Positions 1 to 12,459 of a DNA stretch of 64,000 nucleotides are shown piece after piece; position 1 is the first letter of the stretch; the number at the start of each line of letters is the position of its first letter. The notes below the pieces were generated by a model. It did not search any database. It saw nothing but the letters and a program-made list of their open reading frames with translations, and was not told where the DNA came from. The translations under genes were made by a program, and so were the position numbers. This stretch comes from Mobula hypostoma (Eukaryota): NCBI RefSeq assembly GCF_963921235.1, contig NC_086109.1, positions 4,652,001 to 4,716,000 of the forward strand, given 5' to 3'.

Positions 1-976
1 GTGTGTCCGACAGAGTGATCAGCAGCACTGGGGTTCCACAGGGGACTGTCTTGTCTCCCTTTCTCTTCACCGTTTCCACCTGGGACTTCAACTACTGCAC
101 AGAGTTTTGTCATCTTCAGAAGTTTTCTGATGACTCTGCCATAGTCTGATACATCAGCAAGGGAGATGAGGCTGAGTACAGGGCTACGGTAGGAAACTTT
201 GTCACATGGTGTGAGCAGAATTATCTGCAGCTTAATGTGAAAAAGACTAAGGAGCTGGTGGTAGACCTGAGGAGAGCTAAGGTACTGGTGACCCCTGTTT
301 CCATCCCGGGGGTCAGTGTGGACATGGTGGAGCATTACAAATACCTGGGGATACGTATTGACAATAAACTGGACTGGTCAAAGAACACTGAGGCTGTCTG
401 CAAGAAGGGTCAGAGCCGTCTCTATTTCCTGAGGAGACTGAGGTCCTTTAACATCTGTCGAACGATGCTGAGGATGTTCTACGAGTCTGTGGTGGCCAGT
501 GCGATCATGTTTGCCGTTGTGCGCTGGGGCAGCAGGCTGACGGTAGCAGACACTAATAGAATCAGCAAACTTATTCGTAAGGCCAGTGATGTTGTAGGGA
601 TGGAACTGGACTCTCTCACGGTGGTGTCTGAAAAGAGGATGCTGTCCGAGTTGCATGCCATCTTGGACAATGTCTCCCATCCACTACATAATGGACAGGT
701 TGGGCACAAGAGTACATTCAGCCAGAGACTCATTCTACCGAGATGCAACACAGAGTGTCATAGGAAGTCATTCTTGCCTGTGGCCATCAAACTTTACAAC
801 TCCTCCCTTGGGAGGGTCAGACACCCTGAGTCAATAGGCTGGTCCTGGACTTATTTCCTGGCATAATTTACATATTACTATGTAATTATTTATGATTTTA
901 TTACTATTTAATTATTTATGGTGCAACTATAACAAAAACCAATTTCCCTTGGGATCAATAAAGTATGACTATGACT
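1..976 (+). mobile_element. Rex/Babar-like LINE, 3' part (RT C-terminus)
   Basis: KTKELVVD, YKYLG, RLYFLRRLRSF, KSFLP; AATAAA plus (GACTAT)n tail; truncates the duplicated segment. Confidence 0.85.
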
Positions 977-1415
977 ATTCTCCCATCCCCTCCCTCCTTC
1001 ACCTGCCACCCTCCAGGGAAACAACATTCGCACACAACATTGTCCACATTGAGTCCTGTAGAACAGCCAGCACCATTACAGAAAGCTCCTTCCCATTCCC
1101 ACTCAAACACCAGAGAGCAACGAAAGGCTAGAAAGAACACCGCATACTTCTAAACCGGAGAGCAAGAGGTACTCTGAAGGGGAATAATAACAGAATAGGA
1201 AGCGAGAAATAAAGGCGCCCAGTAAAAGAACATCAGTCACAGCTAGATGGCTAATGGCCTCAGATTGTTGACCAGTACTGAGGGTATGATACTGTAGTTT
1301 CAGCCCATCACCTCCACCACCATTAGATTTCTGAATGGACAATGAACCCATGTACACAACCTCACTTTTATTTCATTTTACACTACTTACTTAATGTAAT
1401 TATATTTATACATAC

Positions 1416-1473
<58 letters not shown>

Positions 1474-1612
1474 AACAAAAACAAAATACTGGAGGAACTC
1501 ACTCAGCAGGTCAGGCAACATCCATGGAAAAAAATACGGTTGACATTTCAGGCTGAAACCCTTCGGCAGACTATGCCACTGATATTAAACTCGTTTCTGA
1601 ATCTCTGCTCAC

Positions 1613-1686
1613 CTTCACATGTAGGTACCTGGCCACCCCATCCATCAACTTCACACAACCGGTAACCTCTACCCACCAGAGTATAT
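1613..1686 (-). CDS. CCP2-like duplicate, second half (probable CCP6b); gene continues past the left edge
   Basis: 74 nt; YTLVGRGYRLCEVDGWGGQVPTCE; intact splice sites; offset 17040 nt from 18653-18726. Confidence 0.85.
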
Positions 1687-3412
1687 CTAAAGAGGCGACA
1701 AAATTTTAAAAAATCTCAGAAGCTTAAAATTAAAGCAAAGTTATCGGAAGAGACTTACCAATTATATTCTATTAATTTGAAATTTATTAGCATAGGACTT
1801 TAAAAGTAAAGAGGAAAATGTGTAGTTACATTGTTAGATGGAAAAACATTAATTGAGTGAATTGCACCACTGCCATCCAAGATCAGTGCCAATATTTCTC
1901 CTAATGTAGGAAAATATTGGCATGAATTTAATGCTAACTTTTCATTTACATTTTAAGAGACCATGTGACAGAATGAATTCAGGTTAACACAGAAAATGCT
2001 GGAGAAACTCAGCAGGTCAGGTAGCATCTGAGCAGATACAAACCCTCCACTAGATCTAATAAAAAGTCTCAGCCCAAAACATCAACTGTTTATCCTTCAG
2101 ATATTGCCTGACCTGCTGAGTTCCTCCAGCATTTTGTGTGTGTTGCTCAGGAATTTCAGCACCTGCAAAATCTCGTGATCCTCATTCAGTTTAACTATGA
2201 AGGGACTAACATCCACAAGCAGGTGTAAAATTTGTTTGAATCAGACAACCGACTTCCCAATGGTAACAAATCCATGACACTTACAGGAGCCGAGTGGCCA
2301 AGTTGGACAAATGTCACAAAGTGCAAATGGAGACACTCACACTGAGGTGCTCAACAGCAGCAAAACCGGGGATGTCATTTATTTATTAATTTTATTTAGG
2401 AACAGCCCTGGCCACTCAGTTACAGCCATCTGTCCAATCAACCTACTAACCCGTACATCTTTGGAACATGGGAGGAAATCGGAGCACCCGGAGGAAATCC
2501 ATGCAGTCCTGGGGAGAATGTACAAACTCCTTACACACAGCAGTGAGAATTGAACCCAGGTTACCGATGTTTTAAAGTAATACCCCAACCACAATTTCCC
2601 AATTATTGGATATTAGCAACTCTGGGAAGTTCAGTGTTTATTGCTTTTCTCCATTGCCTGTGAGAAAGTGATGGAGTTGTCATCCTGCAAGTGAAGTTGT
2701 TCAACAGCAGTATGAGATGAGGAGATAGGCACGGAGCAGTAACGCTGATCAACAACTCCCCCATCGAGACCACCCCGCCACACCTCCAAACGCCACTGCT
2801 TTATCATTTCCTGTCTGTCAGCTGATGTGCAGACACTGCTGTACCATTACTCTACGGACACACAATCTATACATAGAAACTATCTTATGTATTTATATTT
2901 GTTGTAATTTTGTATTGGGTTCATTATCTTAATGTAGGTTTTTATTTGGTGCTGCATCAGATCTGGAGGAACAATTATTTCATTCTCCTTTACACTCGTG
3001 TACTGGAAATGACATTAAATAATCTTGAATCTTGAATGCAGGCTCTTGGGCATGACTGTCCCATGCTGGTCAAGGTGCCCATCTAAGCTCATCCCATATC
3101 CCTGTGTTTGGCCCATATCCCTCTAAACCAGGAGTTCCCAACCCTTTTTATGCCACGGACCCCTACCATGAACCAAGGGGTCCATGGACCCAAGACTGGC
3201 AGCTTCTGCTCTATTATGAAGCTGTCCAAGTACTCCTGTTAATGTACCACCCTTACCCACTCCTTTCCAACAGCTAATCCCATATGCTGTCCAGCTTCCC
3301 GGTTTTGCCACCACTTCCTGTCCTGATGCTGATATGGAACACTATTGCAATAATTTGTAAACTGAAATATTAACTCAACTCTTTTCTTTCAATCAAGTAC
3401 GTGAATACTCAC

Positions 3413-3506
3413 CCTTCATTACAATAAAATGTAATCTTACTTCCAAAAGTATTGTCACCCTCGTAATACCCATTCGTAATTTCCCCTGGACTTCCACAAC
3501 TCTTTG
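3413..3506 (-). CDS. CCP2-like duplicate, first half (probable CCP6a of gene A)
   Basis: 94 nt; KSCGSPGEITNGYYEGDNTFGSKITFYCNEG; offset 17040 nt from 20453-20546. Confidence 0.85.
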
Positions 3507-3976
3507 CTGAACAAAAAAAGGGGAGAAAAGCCAGGATGTTACGAAGTGTTGATATGACTTCACAATACAATGCACTGAAATGTAAGAGAAACACGAAACT
3601 GATGCATACTTCTTCCAGATCGTTCTAAATATTACTTAATTTCAAAGTAAAATAAAGATTCCTCAGGAAATTACAGTGGCACTTTACCCCCATTAGATTA
3701 ATATCTGTTATTGTTCATAAAATGAGCTCTTCCAAAATTTCAATTTGCTTTTTCTCACTGAGAATTAAGCTCAGATTAGTAGATTTTCATTCTTGTGTCT
3801 AAAAGGCAGAGGAGCACACTTAAGAACTAGATTTGCATCAGGAAGTTCCTGACTCCCATGAACCACACACCAGCTAACTTACTTCAGTCCTGGAGAGGAT
3901 GGGGACTGAGAAGAGATGCAAGTTGCAAAATGAGAAAAGTTATTGAGTGAGAAAGGATTAGTTATTGAGTACTTAC

Positions 3977-4165
3977 GTGTACAGGTGGTTTGTAATGGTT
4001 CCCAAACACCTTCATTACAAGTAATATAGTTGGGAGTGAATTGAGTAGAAGTGTAACCGGGGTTACATACGTAAAAGACCTTGGATCCACTTGGAAACTT
4101 TTCCTGCTTGAGATACTTATCTGCTGGTGAGCCATTTTCCAATCCTGGTGGCCTGTTACATTTCC
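3977..4165 (-). CDS. CCP1-like duplicate exon (probable CCP5 of gene A)
   Basis: 189 nt, phase 1-1; KCNRPPGLENGSPADKYLKQEKFPSGSKVFYVCNPGYTSTQFTPNYITCNEGVWEPLQTTCT; paralogue of 21046-21234; no second signal-peptide exon or CpG island seen between 4165 and 13328. Confidence 0.85.
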
Positions 4166-4269
4166 CTTGAAAAAAAGAATTAGCCTTTTTAATTTACTAA
4201 AACTAGCTTAAGAGATGCATGCCTGGAAAAGACTCAGTTAAGCTATTTTCCTTGCATCCAGTTCAATGG

Positions 4270-4688
4270 GAGGTGAAGACCTCGATAAAACCACTGTCAC
4301 TAAAGAGATAGTGATGAGCAAACTAGGGGGCTTGAAGGTAGATAAGTCCCCTGGTCCTGTTGGGATGCATCCCAGGGTGCTGAGAGAATTGGCGGAGGTT
4401 ATAGTAGACACGTTGGTAACCATTTACTAAAATTCTCTCGGCTCTGGGCAGGTCCCGGTGGATTGAAAGACAGCAAATGTCATGCCACTTTTTAAAAAAG
4501 GGATGCAGGCAAAAGATGACCAACTATAGGCCATTTGGTTTAACATCTGTAGTCGGGAAAATGCTTGAAGCTGTCATCAAGTAAGAAATAGCGAAACATT
4601 TAGAAAGGAGTGGTTCCATTAGACAGACGCAGCATTGATTCAGAAAGGGCAGGTCTTGTTTGACAAACTTACTGGAGTTCTTTGAGGC
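4270..4688 (+). mobile_element. Internal CR1 fragment
   Basis: DKSPGPVGMHPRVLRE...KGRSCLTNLLEFFE; absent from the paralogous intron (~21335). Confidence 0.75.
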
Positions 4689-5295
4689 CATTTTTTGGCT
4701 TGGTCAAACAAAATATTGAAATATACTATTCAGGAAATAAAGTCAAGAATATGAATACAAGTACAGAAGCAACTAACAGTGTTTTTTCTGCAAACTCTGA
4801 GTTATCACTGTTATTAGACATTAGGTCCCTCACTGACTATAAAGGAAAGTCCTCCTCCTCTACAACCAGCGACAGCACACTAGCTGAGCAGCTAAACTTC
4901 TTTGCTCAGTTTGACAGGGACGACAACGAACCAGTCATGAAGACCTTGATACCTGAGGACACAGTCCTGACACTGACTGTTAGACTACACAAGTTAGGAA
5001 TCAAGACATCAATTTGTAACTGCATTCTGGACTTCCCTACCAATCACACCCAGTCAGACGAGGCAAGGATACATCTACCTCCCTGACCGTGAACACTGGT
5101 GCACCGCAGGGATGTGTACTGAGCATTCCCCTTTACATTCTTTTCACCCACTCCATCCTTAACTTCGCAGATGACACCTCCTTGATTGGATTAATTACAA
5201 ATAACAATGAAACAACATACAGAGAGCAGGAGCAGAAACTGTCTGAATGGTGCAATAACCATAACCTTTCACTCAATATAAGAAAACAAAGAAAT

Positions 5296-6654
5296 TCAAG
5301 GATTCAAAAAACTTTATTGTCATTCTAACCATACATCAGCTCTGCAGGGTAGAATGAGACAGTGTTTCCCAGGAGCAGTACAATCATAACAGAACAAACG
5401 CAACACTAAATAATAAACATAACAATAAATAGTAAAACACAACAGCCACATGTCAGTTAAAATCAAGTTATAAGTGTCCAGTGCAAGTTAAAGTGTCCAA
5501 AGCAGAGTCAGGTGAAACAGCTATTTAGCAGTCTGACTGCCTGTGGGAGGAAGCTGTTTAGTAGCCTTGTGGTTTTAGTTTTGATGCTCCTGTAACGTTT
5601 GCCTGATGGCAGAAGAACAAACAGTTCATGGAGAGGGTGTGAGGGGTCTTTAATGATGTACCGTGTCTTCTGGAGGCATCGAGTCTGAAAGAGGTCTTGG
5701 ACAGAAGGTAGGGAGACCCCAATAACCTTCTCTGCTCCCCTAACCACCCTCTGCAAGGCTTTTTTGTCGACAGCACTGCAGCTGGAGTACCAGGTTGTGA
5801 TACAAAAGGTCAGCACACTCTCAACCACGCCTCTGTAGAATGTAGTTAAGATGTTAGGGGAGTGATGCTTGTTTAAGCTTCCTCAGAAAGTGCAATCTCT
5901 GCTAGGCCCATTTCACAATCCCAGTGGTGTTTCTGGACCAAGTGAGATTGTCCGAGATCTGCACCCCAAAGAACTTGATGTTTTCCACTCTCTCCACTGT
6001 GGAGCCGCTGATGCTGAGGGGTGTGTGCTCAGGCTGAGACCATCTGAAATCGACGATCATCTCCTTGGTTTTGGTGACATTAAGCATCAAGTTGTTATCA
6101 CTGCACCAGCTCTCTAGGTGTTTGACCTCCTCCCTGTACATTGTTTCATCGTTTTTGCTAATGAGCCCCACCACTGTGGTATCATCAGCAAATTTAATGA
6201 TCAGGTTCTCCTTGAATCTGGCTGCACAGTCATGTGTTAGCAGTGTAAACAGCAACGGGCTAAGCACACAGCCTTGTGGGGATCCAGTGCTCAGTGTGAT
6301 GAAATCAGAGATGTTCCTATCAACACGGACTGACTGTGGTCTCTCTGTCAAGAAATCCAGAATCCAGCGACACATGGCAGCGTTAAGGCCAAGCAGCGAC
6401 AGTTTCTCCACTAGTCTCTGCGGGATGATGATATTGAACGCTGAACTGAAATCAATGTACAGGATTCTGGCATAAGTGTCCTTGTTGTCCAAGTGAGAGA
6501 GAACTGTGTGCAGTGTGGTGGATATTGCGCCCTCCGTAGAGCAATTTGGACGATAAGCAAACTGTAGAGGATCCAGTGATGAGGGGAGGCTGGCTGTGAT
6601 ATGAGGCTTGACAAGCCGTTCAAAACATTTCATCACTTTGGGGGTCAGGGCAAC
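5296..6654 (-). mobile_element. Rex/Babar-like LINE nested in an older plus-strand Rex remnant (~4820-7500)
   Basis: [43 protein letters not shown]; host KTKE|MTIDFR frame resumes on the other side. Confidence 0.85.
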
Positions 6655-7539
6655 AATGACTATTGATTTCAGGAAATCATGAAAATATGAACATGTTCCA
6701 CTATGCAAAGAGGCAAAGCAGTGGAAAGGGTCTCCAGCTTTAAGTTCTTGGAAGTGAACATCACAGAGGAGCTCTCTTGGTCCACCAACACCTCCTTGAT
6801 AGTAATGAAGACTCAGCAATGCCTGTTCTCGCTTAGGAGTTTAAAAAGAGCAAATATGCCCCAAAAGCTGCTGGTTAAACCCTTATCAAGTGTAATTGAG
6901 AGTACACTGACCTACTGCATGATAGTGTGGCAGACTAGTTGCAACAGGATCGACCAAAAAGCACTTCAATGAGTGATCAGGACTGCACAGAACATCATTG
7001 GGACACAACTACCCTATATGGAAACCATCTACAAATGACGATATCTACGCTGTCTCACAAAATCGTGATGGGCTCATCCCACCCAGTACATCCTGCAGAT
7101 GATACAGAAACATCCCTGCACAGACATTCAGACTGAAAAACAGCTTTCTCCCCAGGGCTGTCATACAACTGAACAATGACACACCCACACATTGTCCACA
7201 GGCACCATGGACAATCTCCAAGTGAAGTGGATGGGCATGATACTTGATGTGATTATATGCTTAATCATCGTGTTTTATCAGATGGGCACGTGCAACACTT
7301 GAATAGGGCAGACACTGTTTCTCTTAATTTTAGACTGGTTTGTTTTTATTTCAGTTGTAACTTAGAAGTCATTATAAATAACTCAAGATATTAATTTAAA
7401 TTTCATCATTGTGTTTTCAATAATTGAATTCCCGGTATGTTGTTTTGCACTGAATGGAGCGGCACTGTAATTTCATTGTTGTCACAATAATGCTCTAACT
7501 AACTCTCACAGGACCAAATGTACAGCAGTCACAATACTA

Positions 7540-8150
7540 TCCAAATTGATGAGCTGGTAGAACAACAAGATCTGGAAATATAGCTCCGTAATTCATTGAA
7601 AGTCACAGAACAGGTATGTAGGGTTGTAAAGAAAGCTTTTGGCACATTGCCTTTCACAGATCAAAGTACTGAGTACAAGAGATGGGATGCTATGTTGAAG
7701 TTGTATAGATGTTGGTGAGGCCCAATTTGGAGTACTGCGTGTAGTTTTGGTCACCTACATACAGTTATAATGTAAATAAGATTGTAGGAGTACAGAGAAA
7801 ATTTTCAAGGATGTTGCTGAGTCTGGTGGATCTGGATCTAACAATTAAATAGATTAGGATTTTATACCCTAGAATGTAGAACACTGACAGGAGATTTGGT
7901 ATATATTACAAGGGGTACAGATAGGGTAAATGCAAGCAGGCTTTTTCTGCTGAAGCTGGGTGAGACTACAACCACAGGTCATGGGTTAAAGGTGAAAAGT
8001 GAGAAGTTTAAGGGGAACATGAGGGGAAACTTCTGTATTCAGAGGATTGTGAGAGTGTGGAATGAGCTGCCAGCACAAGCGGAGCACGCGAGCTCCATTT
8101 CAATGTTTAACAGAAGTTTGGACAGGTATATGGTTGGGAGGGGTATGAAC
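7540..8150 (+). mobile_element. CR1 LINE, 3' fragment
   Basis: LVRPNLEYC-like segment, GHGLKVK, RVWNELP. Confidence 0.8.
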
Positions 8151-8815
8151 TGAATTGAATTGACTTTATTTCTTACATCCTTCACATACATGAGGAGACT
8201 TTACGTTACATCTCCATCTAAATGTGCAATGTGTAATCATAGTAATTTATAATAAATAGAACAGTCAATGTAATATAGAGTGTACTCAAATCAGTGAGAG
8301 TTCATCAGTCTGATGGCCTGGTGGAAGAAGCTGTCCCGGAGCCTGTTGGTCCTGGCTTTTATGCTGCGGTACCGTTTCCCGGATGGTAGCAGCTGGAACA
8401 GTTTGTGGTTGGGATGACTTGGGTCCCCAGTGATCCTACGGGCCCTCTTTACACACCTGTCCTTGTAAATGTCCTGAATCATGGGAAGTTCACAACCACA
8501 GATGCGCTGGGCTGTCCGCACCACTCTCTGCAGAGTCCTGCGATTAAGGGAGGTACAGTTCCCATACCAGGCAGTGATGCAACTAGTCAAGATGCTTTCA
8601 ATTGTGCCCCAGTAGGAAGTTCTTTGGGGGTCCATACCAAACTCCCTCAACTATCTGAGGTGAAAGAGGTACCATTGTGCCTTTTTCTCCACACAGCTGG
8701 TGTACACAAACCACGTGAGGTCCTCGGTGATGTGGATGCTAAGGAACTTGAAGCTGTTTACCCTCTCAACCCCAGATCCATTGATGTCAATAGGAGTTAG
8801 TCCGTCTCCATTCAA
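8151..8815 (-). mobile_element. Rex/Babar-like LINE, 3' end
   Basis: FKFLSIHI, ESILTSCITAWYG, LLPSGKRYRS; (TTCAA)n tail. Confidence 0.8.
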
Positions 8816-10675
8816 TAGGTAATAGACAATAGGCAATAGGTGCAGGAGTAGGCCATTCGGCCCTTCGAGCCAGCACCACCATTCACTGTGATCATGGCTG
8901 ATCATCCACAATCAGTACCCCGTTCCTGCCTTCTCCCCATATCCCTTGACTCTGCTATCTTTAAGGGCTCTATCTAATTCTCTCTTGAAACCATCCAGAG
9001 AATTGGCCTCCACTGCCTTCTGAGGCAGAGCATTCCACAGATCCACAACTCTCTGGGTGAAAAAAATTTTCCTCAACTCCGTTCTAAATAGCCTACACCT
9101 TATTCTTAAACTGTGGCCTCTGGTTCTGGACTCCCCCAGCATCGGGAACATGCTTCCTGCCTTTAGCGTGTCTAATCCCTTAATAATCTTATATGTTTCA
9201 ATCAGATCCCCTCTCATCCTTCTAAATTCCAGTGTGTACAACACCAGTCACTCCAATCTTTCAACATACGACAGTCCTGCCATCCCGGGAATTAACCTCG
9301 TGAAGCTACACTGCACTCCCTCAATAGCTAGAAAGTCCTTCCTCAAATTTGGAGACCAAAACTCCACACAATACTCCAGGTGTGGTCTCACCAGGGCCCA
9401 GTACAACGGCAGAAGAACCTCTTTGCTCCTATACTCAACTCCCCTTGTTAAGAAGACCAACATGCTATTAGCTTTCTTCACTGCCTGCTGTACCTGCATG
9501 CTTACTTTCAGTGACTGATAAACAAAGACACTTAGATCTCATTGTACTTCCCCTTTTCCTAACTTAACACCATTCAGATAGTAATCTGCCTTCCTATTCT
9601 TGTCACCAAAGTGGATAACCTCACACTTACCCACATTAAACTGCATCTGCCCACTCACCCAGCCTGTCCAAGTCACCCTACATTCTCATAACTTCCTCCT
9701 CACATTTCACACTTCCACCCAGCTTTGTTCCATTTCCAAATTTGCTAATTTTACTTTTAATCCCTTCATCTAAATCATTAATGTATATTGTAAATAGCTG
9801 CGGTCCCAGCACCAAGCCTTGTGGTACCCCACTAGTCACTGCCTGCCATTCTGAAAGGGACCCGTTAATCACTACTCTGTTTCCTGTCTGCCAACCAATT
9901 TTCTATCCATGTCAGTACCCTAACCCCAATACCATGTGCTCTAATTTTGCCCACTAATCTCCTACGTGGGACTTTATCAAAGGCTTCCTGAAAGTCCAGG
10001 CACACTACATCTGCTGGCTCTCCCTTGTTCATTTTCCGAGTTACATCCTCAAAAAATTCCAGAAGATTAGTCAAGCATGATTTCCCCTTCGTAAATCCAT
10101 GCTGACTCGGACCAATTCTGTTACTGCTATCCAGATGTGTTGTAATTTCATCTTTTATAATTGACTCCAGCATCTTCCCCATCACTGATGTCAAGCTAAC
10201 CGGTCTATAATTCCCTGTTTTCTCTCTTCCTCCCTTCTTGAAGAGAGGGACAACATTAGCCACCCTCCAATCCACAGAAACTGATCCTGAATCTATAGAA
10301 CATTGAAAAATGATCACCAATGCGTCCACGATTTCTAGAGCCACCTCCTTAAGTACCCTGGGATGCAGACCATCTGGTCCTGGGGATTTATCAGCCTTCA
10401 GTCCCATCAGTCTATCCAACACCATATTCTGCCTAATGTGAATTTCCTTCAGTTCCTCCGTTACCCTATGTCCTCTGGCCACTATTACATCTGGGAGATT
10501 GTTTGTGTCTTCTTTAGTGAAGACAGATCCAAAGTACCTGTTCAACTCGTCTGCCATTTCCTTGTTCCCCATAATAAGTTCACCCATTTCTGTCCTCAAG
10601 GGATCAACTTTGGTCTTAACTAATTTCTTCCTCTTCGCATACCTAAAGAAGCTTTTACTATCCCCCTTTATATTG
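8816..10675 (-). mobile_element. CR1 LINE (5'-truncated, RT)
   Basis: KSPGPDGLHPRVLKE, NYRPVSLTS, QHGFTKGKSCLTNL, SGVPQG, RRMRGDLIE; short tandem-repeat tail. Confidence 0.9.
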
Positions 10676-12459
10676 CTGGTGGGGGGAAGGGGGATTGTTG
10701 CTCGCTGCCACTTACGTGCAGGAGGGAAAGGCGTTGGCGGGGACTTTGGGGTTCTAACATTTAACTGTTGCTCTTCTTTGGGGTTACTCCACTGTTTTTG
10801 TACATGGTTGTGAAGAAAAAGCATTTCAGGATGCATATATCATACATTTCTCTGACATTAAATGTACCTTCGAAACTATATTCTATCTGTCACTCCTTTG
10901 CCATTCTCCTGATCTGCCCAAGTCCTTCTGCAGCCTCCGGCTTCCTCAGTATTACCTGTCCTTCCACCCATCTTCATATTGTACATAAACTTGGCTTGGC
11001 CTCAGAGCCATCAATTCTGTCATCCAAAGACAAAAAGAGAAGTGACCCCGTGGAGCACCACCAGTCACTTGCGCCCATCAGAAAGAGCACACTTCATTCC
11101 CATTCTTTGCCTCTCGCCAGTCAGCCAATGCTCGATCCAGTCTGGCATCTTTCCTGTGACACCTTGGGCTCTTACCAGCAGCCTCATGTGTGGACCCTTG
11201 TCAAAGGCCTGCTGAACATCCAAGTACACAACATCCACCGGTTCTCCTCTCTCTATCCCACTTGTTATTTCCTTATTACACCAGAAATATTTAAGAATTT
11301 CAGAGTTAATGGACACATCAGAAGAGAAATACAAAACTTTCATTTCATCCCCCAAATTCAACTGAATCGTATTCTATTTGAAAGTAAACATAAAAAAAAA
11401 CTTGACTCATTCCATGGATCAGATCTTTGCCTACTCACTTATCGATAGCTTTTTACAGCGGGAAACTACAAGTAGGAAAAAGAGTAGACCGTCCAGTTGC
11501 TCATGTCTGTGTGCCCACTCTACTTCTAGCTGACAATTTGTCTACAGTACTTTCACTTCCATCTTGCAAAGGAACTGGGGTATGTGCATGTAAACCTGCA
11601 AGAGTGACAGGGGAGGAAATTTGCAAACTCCAACATGGTACAACATGGTGCAATCATTCCTTTACTTCCCTCATTCGAACCATACACAGTACAGCGTCAG
11701 GGTCACAGACACAAACAGGCCCTTCAGCCCATTTAGTTCACGGTGAACTAATCTTCTGTGTATTCCCACTGACCCGCACCTGAACCTTAGCCCTCTACAC
11801 CCTGCCCATCCAAGTACTTGCCCAAACTTCTCTTAACTGTTGAAATCAAACCCACATCCACCACTTCTGCTGGCAGCTCGTTACAAATCCCTACCATCCT
11901 CTGAGGTAAAAAGTTTCACCTTTCACCCTTAACCTATGACCTCTAGTTCTGATCTCATAGAACAGTACAGCACAGGAACCGTCCCATCAGCTCAACGTTT
12001 TGCCAAACTAAATAAATGACCAACTAAACTAATCCCATCTGTCCATATCTCTCTATTTTCCTCACACTCATTTTCCTATCTAAACACCTCTTAAAAGTCC
12101 TGAATACATCTTCCTCTACCAACACCACAGACATCCATCACTCCATGTAAAAAAAATTGACCCTCACATCTCCTTTGAAATCACCGCTCTCGATTTAAAT
12201 GCATGTCCTATCGTATCAGACATTTCAACCCTGGGGAAAAAGATACTGTAAGTCAACTCTATCTGTGCCTCTCATAATCTTATAAACCTTTATCAGCATG
12301 CACTGCTCTAAGAAAAACAACCAACATCTCTTTCTATCAGATGCTCTCTAATCCAAGTAGTATCCTGGTACATCTCCTGTGCACGCTCTCGCAAAGTGGA
12401 AAACCTCACCCAATCTTCAGTGGAAAAATCCTGCTTGCATTTACTGTATCTATAACCTA

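Larger units (their letters stand above)
977..7530. repeat. Segmental duplicate, copy 2 (paralogous to 18084-23250)
   Basis: Colinear exons, introns and old repeats at ~17 kb offset; long near-identical blocks (e.g. 2225-2870 vs 19268-19910). Confidence 0.92.

Noticed and set aside
1417..1474. (AT)n(AC)n microsatellite, much shorter in the paralogue
   Set aside because: Ordinary slippage repeat
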